DNA of 64,000 nt. Source: Candidatus Undinarchaeales archaeon (GTDB lineage: Archaea; SpSt-1190; JASMDC01). The notes beneath the pieces were generated by a model. It was given only the letters and a program-made list of their open reading frames with translations. It was not told where the DNA came from and made no database searches. This document shows positions 52,481-61,029 of this stretch, piece by piece. The stretch lies in NCBI GenBank assembly GCA_030753015.1, contig JASMDC010000011.1:21674-85673 (forward strand), given 5' to 3'. Numbering within the stretch: the stretch's first letter is position 1; every line of letters starts with the position of its first letter. A program made the translations under genes and the position numbers.

Positions 52481-53773
52481 ATGGAACGATCTATCGAGAA
52501 CAAATGGCGGCGAACAGCGCTCCTTGCATCAGGTCTAGTGGTCATCGTCATCCTGGCCATGGTCATCCGGGAACCTCCGCCGCCGAAGGCTCTGAACGAG
52601 GCGGAGCGTGCCTCGGGCCATATGGGGACGGTTAGTACCATAGGAATCATAGACACAGGCCAGGACCGCTGCTATGACACCTCACAGGAGATACCCTGTC
52701 CGCGACCGGGCGAGGCGTTCTATGGACAGGACTCACAATACGAAGGCGACCAGTTCTCTTATATCGATAACGGCGACGGCACCGTGACCGATCTGAACAC
52801 GGGCCTGATGTGGCAGAAGGATCCGGGGGACAAGGTCACCTTTGACGATGCGCTCACAATAGCGGATACACTTGAGCTCGCCGGTCATGACGACTGGAGG
52901 GTACCGACGATCAAAGAGCTGTACACCCTGATGGACTTCCGAGGGGGGTCCGGAAGGACGGAGGCCGAGAGCACTCCGTACCTCGACACCACCATCTTCG
53001 AGTTCCGGTTCGGGGACACGAGCGCAGGTGAGCGGCTCATCGATGCCCAGTTCCTCAGCTCGAACGAGTACGTCTCGACAACGATGAACAACGATGCAAC
53101 GGTCTTCGGTGTGAACTTCGCGGACGGGCGTATCAAGGGATACCCGAAATTGGATCCTCGGAGCCGGACAGGGAAGCCGATGTTCGTGCGATACGTTCGT
53201 GGGAACGCCTATGGTGAGAACGCATTCGTCGACAACGGTGACGGGACGGTCACTGACAACAGCACGGGGCTGACATGGCTGCAGCAGGATAGCGGTGGCC
53301 ACAAGGCGGGAGCGAACGGAGGCCTGGACTGGGAGCAGGCGCTGTCCTGGTGCGAAGGACTGTCCTATGCCGGGCACGATGACTGGCGACTCCCGAACGC
53401 GAAGGAGCTGCAGGGGATCGTCGATTACACCCGGTCGCCGGACACCACAAGCTCACCTGCCATCGATCCCGTATTCGCGACGTCCTCGATAACTGACGAG
53501 GGTGGGAGCACCAACTATCCGTTCTTCTGGACGGGCACGACACATCTCGAGGGCGGCAGGGCCGAGGCAGCGGTCTACGTTGCCTTCGGCGAGGCTCTCG
53601 GGTTCATGCGGATGCCTCCTTACTCCCTGGACACCACGTTGATGGACGTGCACGGCGCAGGTGCCCAGCGGAGCGATCCGAAGACGGGCGACCCGTCCGC
53701 GTACCCCACCGGCCGCGGGCCCCAGGGCGACGTAATCCGTATCTACAACTACGCACGGTGCGTCCGGGGATAA
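52481..53773 (+). CDS. Membrane-anchored protein with two DUF1566 (Lcl C-terminal-like) domains
   Basis: 430-aa ORF with an N-terminal TM helix. Two copies of DNGDGTVTD..TGL(M/T)W(Q/L)Q(K)D...AGHDDWR(V/L)P..KEL. Confidence 0.8.
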   Translation: MERSIENKWRRTALLASGLVVIVILAMVIREPPPPKALNEAERASGHMGTVSTIGIIDTGQDRCYDTSQEIPCPRPGEAFYGQDSQYEGDQFSYIDNGDGTVTDLNTGLMWQKDPGDKVTFDDALTIADTLELAGHDDWRVPTIKELYTLMDFRGGSGRTEAESTPYLDTTIFEFRFGDTSAGERLIDAQFLSSNEYVSTTMNNDATVFGVNFADGRIKGYPKLDPRSRTGKPMFVRYVRGNAYGENAFVDNGDGTVTDNSTGLTWLQQDSGGHKAGANGGLDWEQALSWCEGLSYAGHDDWRLPNAKELQGIVDYTRSPDTTSSPAIDPVFATSSITDEGGSTNYPFFWTGTTHLEGGRAEAAVYVAFGEALGFMRMPPYSLDTTLMDVHGAGAQRSDPKTGDPSAYPTGRGPQGDVIRIYNYARCVRG

Positions 53774-53800
53774 GGATAGCTTAGAAGAAAAGAATGGGAC

Positions 53801-53825
53801 GTCCCCCCGGACCTACCGGGGGGAC
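53801..53825. terminator. GC hairpin GTCCCCCCGG-ACCTA-CCGGGGGGAC between convergent genes
   Basis: Perfect 10-bp stem read from the sequence, sitting between the stops at 53773 and 53846. Confidence 0.55.
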
Positions 53826-53845
53826 CGTCCGATCGTTCCGAGGTC

Positions 53846-54664
53846 CTACTTGAGGAAGTCGGAGAGCGTCTCAGGACCGTTTTCCAGGAGCTCGTCCATG
53901 GTGGTGCCGTTGCGCTCGACCACGTCCTCGATGTAGCCGACACCCAGCACGTACTGGGCCATCTTTATCTGGCCCAGGATGAACATGTCCATGAACCCGA
54001 CCTCACCGCGCTTGGCACGCTCCTCGACCTCGATGAGCGCCTCGATGTTCTCGCGGTAGAATTCCTTGGCGCCGACGTAGCCTTCCTGGTACTTCTCGGA
54101 CGCGGCCTCCCAGGCGGCAGCGTTGCGCTCGTTGTCCGCAGCGTGCTCCTTGAGCATGTTGATCGACATGTACTCGGCCTGGCCCTCTGCGATGGCCATG
54201 ACCGGGAAGCTCCAAGTCGCTGCCAGAAGCTGGGTCTGCAGGTCCTCTGTGGTACCGAACCGATCGTTGATCTCCTTGGACAGCTCCACGGTGCTCATGG
54301 TGTTGCCCTGGTTGTGCTGGTAGGCGTGCACCAGCTCGTGTGCTAGCACGTAGTCCACCACGCTTTGGTCGACATCGTCACCGTTGCCCATCACGTAGTC
54401 CGAGATGAGCACCTGGTGGTTGATGTCGTCGTACATGCCCATGGCCTGATAGTACATGCTCTGGGCCATCATATCGAGCTCTTCGGAGCTTCCGAGCTCC
54501 AGACCAGTCTCTCGGCCAAGGTCCTCGAGGTAGGAGCGGTAGTCCTTTTCGTTCGCGACGGTTATGTTGGGTCGTTCACCGAACGTGACACCAAAGTCGT
54601 TCTCGTAGTTGGTCGCGAATTCCTCAAGGCGGTCTTCGTAGGCCGCTACTTCTATCTCGTACAT
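53846..54664 (-). CDS. Putative zinc metalloprotease (HExxH)
   Basis: Frame of track ORF 53846-54694 (GTG). The ATG at 54664 is the first start downstream of the TATA-like TTTTTATATTTAAGG (about 54701-54719). LAHELVHAYQH motif. Confidence 0.7.
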   Translation of the reverse strand: MYEIEVAAYEDRLEEFATNYENDFGVTFGERPNITVANEKDYRSYLEDLGRETGLELGSSEELDMMAQSMYYQAMGMYDDINHQVLISDYVMGNGDDVDQSVVDYVLAHELVHAYQHNQGNTMSTVELSKEINDRFGTTEDLQTQLLAATWSFPVMAIAEGQAEYMSINMLKEHAADNERNAAAWEAASEKYQEGYVGAKEFYRENIEALIEVEERAKRGEVGFMDMFILGQIKMAQYVLGVGYIEDVVERNGTTMDELLENGPETLSDFLK

Positions 54665-54861
54665 GTTCCGTCCCTTCCGTTCTGAGCGGCCCACCGAACA
54701 GCCTTAAATATAAAAAGGCATCTGTTCCTCGCGACCAGTGAAATGGCCCGTATACTCCCGTTCAGTACTGGGCTGATAAACATGATTCATGTGCCCTTCT
54801 GTCATGCGATTGCATGTCACGGAACATCTCTTTTTAGCGTTTTCCGGCCCCTCCACACTCC

Positions 54862-55662
54862 ATGAAGCTCCATGTCGCCACCTCACAAGGAGAGCTCACC
54901 CTTGTCGTGTCGGACAGCCTCTATTCACAGTGCGTGTTCGTCCGGCAGTGGGGGCTGCTGGTGGACCTGGGGGACTTCATGCTCCCCGACATGGCGGGAG
55001 TCCGCACCGTCCTCCTCACCCACTCTCATCTCGACCATGTCCTGCATGGTTGTGCAAAGCTCGCACTCTACGCAAAGAAGAGGGACCGGACGGTACCAGT
55101 GTGGACCTCCCCGGAGGACGCAGAGCGTCTCCCGGAGCTCTTCGGCCAGCTGGCGGCCTTCGACCGCATCCCGGCACTGTTCGCGGCACTGGACGTGCGT
55201 CCGAGCGACGAGGTCGAGGTCCGGAGCGACCTGGTGGCACGTCCCTTCACGACCCGACATGCCATCCCATCCAGGGGGTGGACCGTGTGGCGTCGGACAT
55301 CGCACCTCTTACCGTCGTTCGAGGGTCTCTCCCAGGACGAGATAGCGGAACGGGCCCGGGCCGGGGAGCAGGTGGAGGGTGCGAGCGAGAAGCCACTGTT
55401 CACCTTCACGGGGGACACGACCCTGGCAGGAATCCCCGAGCACGCGCTGGAGAGCGAGGTGCTGGTAACCGAGTGCGCCATGCCCTCCAGAGGACCCGCC
55501 CTGGAACGGTTCGGCCATCTCTGCCCAGTGGACATCGAGGAGCTTCTTACCAGATTCACCGGGAGGGCCATGGTCGTCACGCACACATCCCACAGGACCC
55601 GGGAAGAGCTCACTGGGATCGACGATTCACGGATGACGGTCGTCGGTGCCGAGGCGCCCTGA
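54862..55662 (+). CDS. MBL-fold metallo-hydrolase
   Basis: 266-aa ORF. LLTHSHLDHV (HxHxDH) motif and later conserved His/Asp positions. Confidence 0.8.
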   Translation: MKLHVATSQGELTLVVSDSLYSQCVFVRQWGLLVDLGDFMLPDMAGVRTVLLTHSHLDHVLHGCAKLALYAKKRDRTVPVWTSPEDAERLPELFGQLAAFDRIPALFAALDVRPSDEVEVRSDLVARPFTTRHAIPSRGWTVWRRTSHLLPSFEGLSQDEIAERARAGEQVEGASEKPLFTFTGDTTLAGIPEHALESEVLVTECAMPSRGPALERFGHLCPVDIEELLTRFTGRAMVVTHTSHRTREELTGIDDSRMTVVGAEAP

Positions 55663-55700
55663 AGCAAACAAATTAAAGCCCTGCTGCGTGGTTGGATGCC

Positions 55701-56162
55701 ATGGGAGAACCCACCCCCGCCGACACACGGCTGGCCATCATGATCTACGGTTATGGCGATGACCAGGCGGAGGTAATCAAGGAGGGGCTCAGCAAGGCGA
55801 TGGGAGGGCCCGTGGATGTCATCGGCGCCGATGGGCGTACCGGGGACACGGTCTTCGCTGTGGTCGACGATGGCCCCGCTGGGATCTTCGAGGCCAGGGA
55901 CGACCGGCTCTGCATGTTTCTGGGATTCGACCGGGACCAGATCCACGAGGCGATCATCCGGTTCCCCGTGAGCGAGGATCTGCCGCGGCCCATCTTCTGC
56001 GTGCTCACCGAGTCGAACGCCGAATGGACCGTCGAGCGACTTATCGCCCACCTAATCGAGGAGCGTGAGAACTTCGTGCGGATGCAGCACGAGCACAAGC
56101 ATGGCAATGGCTGCGACTGCGGCCATGACCACGGCCCTGGGCATCAACACAAGCACGAGTGA
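55701..56162 (+). CDS. DUF3783-like protein with a His-rich C-terminal tail
   Basis: Frame of track ORF 55692-56162 (TTG); ATG at 55701. RPIFCVLTESNAEWTVERLIAHLIEE matches the DUF3783 core. Tail [24 protein letters not shown]. Confidence 0.65.
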   Translation: MGEPTPADTRLAIMIYGYGDDQAEVIKEGLSKAMGGPVDVIGADGRTGDTVFAVVDDGPAGIFEARDDRLCMFLGFDRDQIHEAIIRFPVSEDLPRPIFCVLTESNAEWTVERLIAHLIEERENFVRMQHEHKHGNGCDCGHDHGPGHQHKHE

Positions 56163-56980
56163 TCGGGTACCGGCCCGCCACCGCCGAGGACTTTATATTC
56201 GTAGGCCTCCCCATCCGTCGTGATATGCTCGACACCGCTATCAAGCACGTCCAAGGTCTGGGCCGTGGGTCGCGGGCCAAGCTCCTCGATGCCGGTGTCC
56301 GTACCTGGGACGACATCCTCTCCTGGAAGGGCGAACCACCCATAGGCCTGGCCACGTGGCAACACCTCCTCGAATGGACTGACGAGGCCGTGCGGCGGTA
56401 CGATGCACGCGATTGGGTGTGGCTGGGGCGCGAGCTCCCGATGAGCGAGCACTGGCGTGTCTGGCCCGAGCTCGCTGACGAGGCCCTGTTCCTCGATATC
56501 GAGACAACGGGTCTCTCTCGGTCAGCGGAGGTGTCGGTCGTCGGCACCTGGGATGGGAAGGGAGAACCCCATGTCTTCGTGGCAGGGCAGGACCTTGATG
56601 ACTTCGTCGATGTCGTCGGTTCCAAGACCCTCCTCGTGACGTTCTACGGTTCCGGGTTCGATGTCCCGTTCCTTCGTGACCGCTATCCTGATGCGAGGTT
56701 CCCTCCGTTCCATATCGACCTGTGTTTCCTCCTGCGACGTCTGGGGCTCGGAGGGGGTCTGAAGTCCATCGAGCACCAGCTCGGGGTCCAGCGGAGCGAT
56801 GAGACCGACGGCCTGTCCGGCCGGGATGCCGTACGGCTCTGGTACGCACACAAGAAAGGTGATCCTCATGCTCTCGACACGCTCGTGAAGTACAACATCG
56901 AGGACCTGCGCAATCTCCTTCCGCTCCTTGAGCATGGTGTTCGCGAGCTGGGAGCTCAGGAGCGTCGTCTCACTTCTTGA
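56159..56980 (+). CDS. RNase H-fold 3'-5' exonuclease-like protein (YprB/PF13482-like) with N-terminal HhH
   Basis: 273-aa [14 protein letters not shown] exo motif [12 protein letters not shown] motif II and YNIEDLRNL motif III-like. The start may be the internal Met at 56225. Confidence 0.75.
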   Translation: MIGYRPATAEDFIFVGLPIRRDMLDTAIKHVQGLGRGSRAKLLDAGVRTWDDILSWKGEPPIGLATWQHLLEWTDEAVRRYDARDWVWLGRELPMSEHWRVWPELADEALFLDIETTGLSRSAEVSVVGTWDGKGEPHVFVAGQDLDDFVDVVGSKTLLVTFYGSGFDVPFLRDRYPDARFPPFHIDLCFLLRRLGLGGGLKSIEHQLGVQRSDETDGLSGRDAVRLWYAHKKGDPHALDTLVKYNIEDLRNLLPLLEHGVRELGAQERRLTS

Positions 56981-57659
56981 GGTAGCTCGGCCGCTCGTGG
57001 TAGGGGATGGGGTCCTTCTCCCCGAGCTCCTCGAAAGCCCGGAGGCGCAGGGCGCACGAATCGCATGTGCCGCAGGCCTTGTCCTCCGCGCGGTAGCACG
57101 ACCATGTGAGGTGGAGCGGTGCATCGAGACGCAATCCCTCCCGGATGATCTGGGTCTTGGACATCTTGATGATGGGCGTCCTGATGACGATATTCGTCTC
57201 GGGGCGCGTGCCCAGCTCGATGACGCGGTTGAAGGCATCGTAGAACGCGGGACGGCAGTCGGGGTAGCCGGATGAATCCTCCTCGACGGCACCGATGAAC
57301 ACCGCCTCGGCACCCAGCACCTCTGCCCAGCTCACCGCCATTGAAAGGATGTTCGCGTTGCGGAAGGGCACGTAGGAGCTGGGAATACCGTCAGCCTCCA
57401 GGTCGGCGTCGGTCACCGTCAAGGATGAATCCGTGAGCGAGGACCCGCCGATGCGGGACAGATGGTCGGTGGCCACGACGAACCGCTCGCGGACACCCCA
57501 GTGGTCGGTGATGGCATCGAACGCCCGACGCTCGCGCTCGCTGGTGAGCTGACCGTAGGTGAGGTGGAGGAAGCACAGCTCGTAGCCCTGGTCACGGGCT
57601 ATGGCCGCCGTCACGCACGAGTCCATACCCCCGGAGAGGAGAATGACCGCCTTCGTCAT
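56970..57659 (-). CDS. queC: 7-cyano-7-deazaguanine synthase
   Basis: Internal ATG ([16 protein letters not shown]...) of track ORF 56970-58076. SGGMDS PP-loop and C-terminal Zn motif [18 protein letters not shown]. 229 aa. Confidence 0.9.
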   Translation of the reverse strand: MTKAVILLSGGMDSCVTAAIARDQGYELCFLHLTYGQLTSERERRAFDAITDHWGVRERFVVATDHLSRIGGSSLTDSSLTVTDADLEADGIPSSYVPFRNANILSMAVSWAEVLGAEAVFIGAVEEDSSGYPDCRPAFYDAFNRVIELGTRPETNIVIRTPIIKMSKTQIIREGLRLDAPLHLTWSCYRAEDKACGTCDSCALRLRAFEELGEKDPIPYHERPSYLKK

Positions 57660-57682
57660 GCCGGGACCTTTGCCCTGGGCCT

Positions 57683-57690
57683 TTATATAA
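57683..57690. promoter_or_regulatory. Palindromic TATA box TTATATAA centred in a 51-bp divergent intergenic region
   Basis: About 24-28 nt from both the queC ATG (57659) and the TPR gene GTG (57711). Confidence 0.55.
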
Positions 57691-57710
57691 TTGGCCGTCC
57701 GAACCGTGAC

Positions 57711-59063
57711 GTGGGCACCAAGAGCGTGTTCCTCCGTGATGGCAAGGAGCACTACCGCAAAGGGGAGTACGAGGAGGCCGCCCGGTTGCTGCGGACCGCC
57801 CTCCGCATCGAGCCTGATGCACCTGAGGCGCTCATCTACCTCGGTTTCGCCCTTGGGGAACTCGGGGACGAGAAGGGAGCGAAGCGGTGCTTCAAGCGCC
57901 TTCTCGAGTCCAATCCGGAGAACGAGGCGTACGATTACCTCGCCCTCTACTTCGCAGGCGAGGGGAAGTACACCCGCGCAGAGATGGCCTGTCGTAAGGC
58001 CATCGAGAAGAACCCCCGGGATTGCGTGGCCTGGAACAATCTCGCCATCTGGCTCGTGGAGGAGAACAAGCACCAAGAGGCAGTGATGTGCTCCCGGATG
58101 GCCCTCTCCATCGACGACGCGCGAGCCGAGTTCTGGCTCAACCTCGGTGTCGGCCTGGCATCCCTCGGGAAATGGCAGGATGCACGTGAGGCATTCGAGC
58201 GGTCGGTCGGGATGCAGCCCGCTCTCATCGAGGGATGGCTCGACCTTGGCCTCTGCCTGCTACGGTCGGGGGACGTAGACGGGGCGAGGGCCGCCTACCA
58301 CAAGGCCATTGAGGCCGATCCGAAGAGCGCCGATGCGCACTTCCACCTTGGCGCCCTCCACATGGAACGGCGGGAGCTCAAGGGTGCAGTCCAGCATTTC
58401 GAACGGGCCGTGGCCCTGGACGTGTCGTTCCGCGAGGCATGGCTGAACCTGGCCGTGTGCAGCGACGAGCTCGGGAAGCTCGACCGTGCCGTGGAGTGTG
58501 CCCAGATGGCCCTTGGGCTCGACGAGGAGGACCAACGCATGAAGAACCTCCTGGAGAGCCTGAAGGAAGCCGTTGACTTCCGACGGCGGCACGACCTGGT
58601 CGCGCCGGACGTGCTCGAGCTCATCAGGACCCATCTGGGCGAACGAGCACTGGCCGCGTTCCCGGTGCCGGACGATCCCGTTCCCATGGGCCGGTGGTTC
58701 TTCGTCATACCCCAGAAGGGGATGGGGGGAGATATAATCATCCCCCAGAGCAAGGGCGAGCTCTCGGCCGTGCTCGATGGCACGGTGGAAGTGGAGTTCC
58801 TCTGGTGCTGTGGCCTGCGCAGCACGCTGACCCGGGAGTACCTCCATCTCTACGACCTCCGCACTCGGGGGCGAGCGGTCTTCATCTGTCTTGTCTGGCA
58901 GGACATCTACGATCCTGCGGCAGGGCCCATTGCCGTCCGCGCCGAGATCGAGCGCACGCTCGATCTGCTAGAGAAAGATGCCGAGGGTGACATAGTCCTC
59001 GTCAACCACCTGGGCGATGTGTGGACGCGTATCGGAGACGGGTCCCCGAAGAAGCAGGGGTGA
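57711..59063 (+). CDS. TPR-repeat protein with an uncharacterised C-terminal domain
   Basis: Frame of track ORF 57462-59063. GTG at 57711 is the first in-frame start after the TATA. About 8 TPR units ([25 protein letters not shown]...), then about 150 aa with no recognised motif. Confidence 0.75.
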   Translation: MGTKSVFLRDGKEHYRKGEYEEAARLLRTALRIEPDAPEALIYLGFALGELGDEKGAKRCFKRLLESNPENEAYDYLALYFAGEGKYTRAEMACRKAIEKNPRDCVAWNNLAIWLVEENKHQEAVMCSRMALSIDDARAEFWLNLGVGLASLGKWQDAREAFERSVGMQPALIEGWLDLGLCLLRSGDVDGARAAYHKAIEADPKSADAHFHLGALHMERRELKGAVQHFERAVALDVSFREAWLNLAVCSDELGKLDRAVECAQMALGLDEEDQRMKNLLESLKEAVDFRRRHDLVAPDVLELIRTHLGERALAAFPVPDDPVPMGRWFFVIPQKGMGGDIIIPQSKGELSAVLDGTVEVEFLWCCGLRSTLTREYLHLYDLRTRGRAVFICLVWQDIYDPAAGPIAVRAEIERTLDLLEKDAEGDIVLVNHLGDVWTRIGDGSPKKQG

Positions 59064-59604
59064 GCCGGTCCTGATGTGTCCGGGGATTATCTAGAATGTG
59101 GTCAGATCTTCATCAGTAAAATGAGTGGAAGGTTCGACCTCCGGGTGTTCGTTCTCGTCGCTCGTGTAGTGTCGTAGGGTTGTGGAATCAATTGGCCGTT
59201 GGATGTTCATTGGGCCTGGTACTAGTGAGAGCATTTCGCATCCCTCCATAGATCCATTTGTTTCGTTTTTCTTCTATGCGCGCCCTTTCGGGCGAGCGGT
59301 GGCCACGAGTCATGGTCGCCTTAAAAGGGTTGTCTTTCCGTCTGTCTTTTGACCGCACACCTTATGTAGTATCGTAGGCGGTGTGCCGGGGATTACGAAA
59401 TCCGTAACCGAGATACAGATGCTCTACGAGTAGTGCTGATGATCGTGATTTATTAATGTATAATACGGACCGAACAGCATCTATGCTGACGGTCCTGCTG
59501 GGAAGAAAGCTCTCTCCGGGCGGGATAAGTTAGGAAAAAGGGGGGAACGGCCCCGCCACGATGACGGAGCCGTTGGGGGACGGGGTACGGATAAAAAAGT
59601 AGGA

Positions 59605-59799
59605 TCAGTGATACGTTTCCTCCTGATTGTACGGGGTGTCCTTGTGGTCCTGCTCCCCGTACGTCGGATGCTCAAGCTGCTCGTTCCTGAATATATCGAG
59701 GTCCCCAAAACCCGGATCGAGTTCCGGCCGGGGCTCGGTGCCCAGCTCACCATGGGTGCGCTGGTACGCCTCGAACATTTCAGGATCGATGATGAGCAT
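59605..59799 (-). CDS. Small acidic protein, unrecognised family (paralogue A)
   Basis: 64 codons from the ATG at 59799 (track ORF 59605-59808 starts at an upstream GTG). GGTGA lies 5 nt upstream. MLIIDPEMFEAYQRTHGELGTEPRPELDPGFG is shared with paralogue B. Confidence 0.65.
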   Translation of the reverse strand: MLIIDPEMFEAYQRTHGELGTEPRPELDPGFGDLDIFRNEQLEHPTYGEQDHKDTPYNQEETYH

Positions 59800-59876
59800 C
59801 GCGTTCACCTTTTTTTTCGGACGGTTCTCACTCCATTGTTGGCCGGTTTATAAGGTTTTCCTTTGCCTGTGAGGCT

Positions 59877-59912
59877 AAATCGCACGAATATAGCTTAATT
59901 CGTCAAATTAAG
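59877..59912. promoter_or_regulatory. Conserved 24-mer AAATCGCACGAATATAGCTTAATT running into inverted repeat CTTAATT-N5-AATTAAG (copy A)
   Basis: The 24-mer is identical at 60384-60407. Located about 80-110 nt upstream of the small ORF. Confidence 0.55.
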
Positions 59913-60055
59913 TAATAATAAGGGTTATTAGCCGTGCGTTCAGACCGCACATTTATGTGATACGACCTGCCATTGGAACGGTCCCTCCTAACGCCGCTTT
60001 AACACATCGCCGTGAGATACAGCTCACACATGGGGATGATAGGGAAAAAGGGGGT

Positions 60056-60084
60056 ATCGATCCCGCCGGAGAGGCGGGATCGAT
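60056..60084 (-). terminator. Hairpin ATCGATCCCGCC-loop-GGCGGGATCGAT followed (minus strand) by T5
   Basis: Perfect 12-bp stem downstream of the small ORF at 60117-60308. An oligo-T also directly follows the stop codon. Confidence 0.6.
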
Positions 60085-60116
60085 GGGGGGACGGGGTACG
60101 GAAAAAAGAATGATAT

Positions 60117-60308
60117 CTAATATTTGTCGAGGTCCTCTTCGGGCTGGTAGACAGGCTCCCAGTAACCCTTGACGACGTAGTCGTTCTCGGACCGGTCGAA
60201 GGGATTGTAGTTACCGAAGCCCATGTCCAGGATGGTGTTAGGCTCGGCGCCTACTACCCCATGGCTTGCCTGATAGGCATCGTACATTTCCGGATCGATG
60301 ATGATCAT
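60117..60308 (-). CDS. Small acidic protein, unrecognised family (paralogue B)
   Basis: 63 codons from the ATG at 60308 (inside track ORF 60117-60392). AGGTGA lies 5 nt upstream. Sequence begins MIIIDPEMYDAYQASHGVVGAEPNTILDMGFG. Confidence 0.65.
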   Translation of the reverse strand: MIIIDPEMYDAYQASHGVVGAEPNTILDMGFGNYNPFDRSENDYVVKGYWEPVYQPEEDLDKY

Positions 60309-60383
60309 GATTGTCACCTGCTTTATTACCAAGAGCGCCCCATCGAATACCTGTTTATAAACTTTACTATCGCCTGTGCGCCC

Positions 60384-60419
60384 AAATCGCACGAATATAG
60401 CTTAATTAACTAAATTAAG
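60384..60419. promoter_or_regulatory. Conserved 24-mer plus CTTAATT-N5-AATTAAG inverted repeat (copy B)
   Basis: Identical 24-mer to 59877-59900. Same position relative to its small ORF. Confidence 0.55.
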
Positions 60420-60655
60420 CCTTATTAAGCCTTATTAAGATTCTTGGCTTTCTAATTCCCTCTGCAGGGCTGGTTCAGTACATTTCTCCCCCCTATAGGA
60501 CCTCGTTCGGACCGCATACTTCGATGTACTACATAATGTGCTCGACTATAGGGCATGTCTTCAGTACAGCGATTATTACGTGCTTGATGGGGTTCCCAAC
60601 CGCTCTGACTACGTGAAAATAGCGACGAGTCCTGCGACTGTTAAATAGGTGTTAA

Positions 60656-60677
60656 CCGGGGGGGAGGTCCCCCCCGG
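60656..60677. terminator. GC homopolymer hairpin CCGGGGGGG-AGGT-CCCCCCCGG immediately 3' of tRNA-Arg
   Basis: Perfect 9-bp stem that starts 2 nt after the tRNA discriminator base on the minus strand. Confidence 0.5.
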
Positions 60678-60678
60678 A

Positions 60679-60753
60679 TGGGCCCGGCAGGATTCGAACC
60701 CGCGATCTGAGGCTCCGCAAGCCCCCATGCTATCCAGACTACACCACGAGCCC
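60679..60753 (-). tRNA. tRNA-Arg (anticodon GCG)
   Basis: Hand-folded 75-nt cloverleaf: 7-bp acceptor stem, GG in the D-loop, anticodon loop TTGCGGA, 5-nt variable loop, T-loop TTCGAAT, discriminator A. No intron and no encoded CCA. Confidence 0.9.
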
Positions 60754-60867
60754 ATAAAGGCTTGACTCCCGAGTGGGCAAATCTTTATTTATCTTCCCTC
60801 GCTGCCCGTCCAAGCCGAAACCCTTAAAAGAGCTATCCACTCCACAGTCGCCTACGAGTGATATAAC

Positions 60868-60975
60868 TTGTCGAAAACATCCCATCCTTGGAAGAAGCGG
60901 GTCGGCAAGAAGAGCCGCTGGAAGTGGCGCAAGAAGCGGCGCCGAAAGATGCAGCGCAAGGCGCGCCGCATCTAG
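60868..60975 (+). CDS. rpl41e: 50S ribosomal protein eL41 (35 codons, below the ORF-track length cutoff)
   Basis: A TTG-start ORF translates to MSKTSHPWKKRVGKKSRWKWRKKRRRKMQRKARRI. The W-K-K...R-W-K-W-x-K-K-R-x-R-R core matches my recollection of archaeal L41e. GAGTGAT SD-like sequence upstream and a hairpin plus TTTGTT downstream. Confidence 0.7.
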   Translation: MSKTSHPWKKRVGKKSRWKWRKKRRRKMQRKARRI

Positions 60976-60987
60976 AAGCACCGATGC

Positions 60988-61029
60988 TACCTCGTTCTAG
61001 CCATACGACGAACGAGCGAGGTATTTGTT
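60988..61029 (+). terminator. Hairpin (TACCTCG...CGAGGTA, with alternative CTCGTTC/GAACGAG pairing) followed by TTTGTT
   Basis: Read directly from the sequence. Lies 13 nt downstream of the eL41 stop. Confidence 0.45.

Noticed and set aside
55068-56051. 327-aa minus-strand ORF antisense to the MBL hydrolase and DUF3783 genes
   Set aside because: Same reasoning: a GC-frame artefact spanning two sense genes and their intergenic region.
59091-59234. 47-codon minus-strand ORF (MLSLVPGPMNIQRPIDSTTLRHYTSDENEHPEVEPSTHFTDEDLTTF), with GGAGGG upstream, considered as a third paralogue of the small-protein family
   Set aside because: Only compositional resemblance (an acidic tail and an EHP tripeptide). 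It lacks the IIDPEM..AYQ..HG core and the conserved 24-mer and terminator modules. It is kept as a possibility inside the main finding but not called as a feature.
59957-60172. 71-aa plus-strand ORF inside the duplicated module
   Set aside because: It spans the terminator hairpin and the G-rich box, has no counterpart in the other module copy, and has a Gly/Arg-rich translation.
59090-60760. Integrated element at tRNA-Arg: searched by eye for an integrase gene and a direct repeat of the tRNA 3' end (att)
   Set aside because: I found no integrase-like ORF and no second copy of the tRNA 3' segment in the window. The island hypothesis remains only compositional and positional, and needs comparative genomics.
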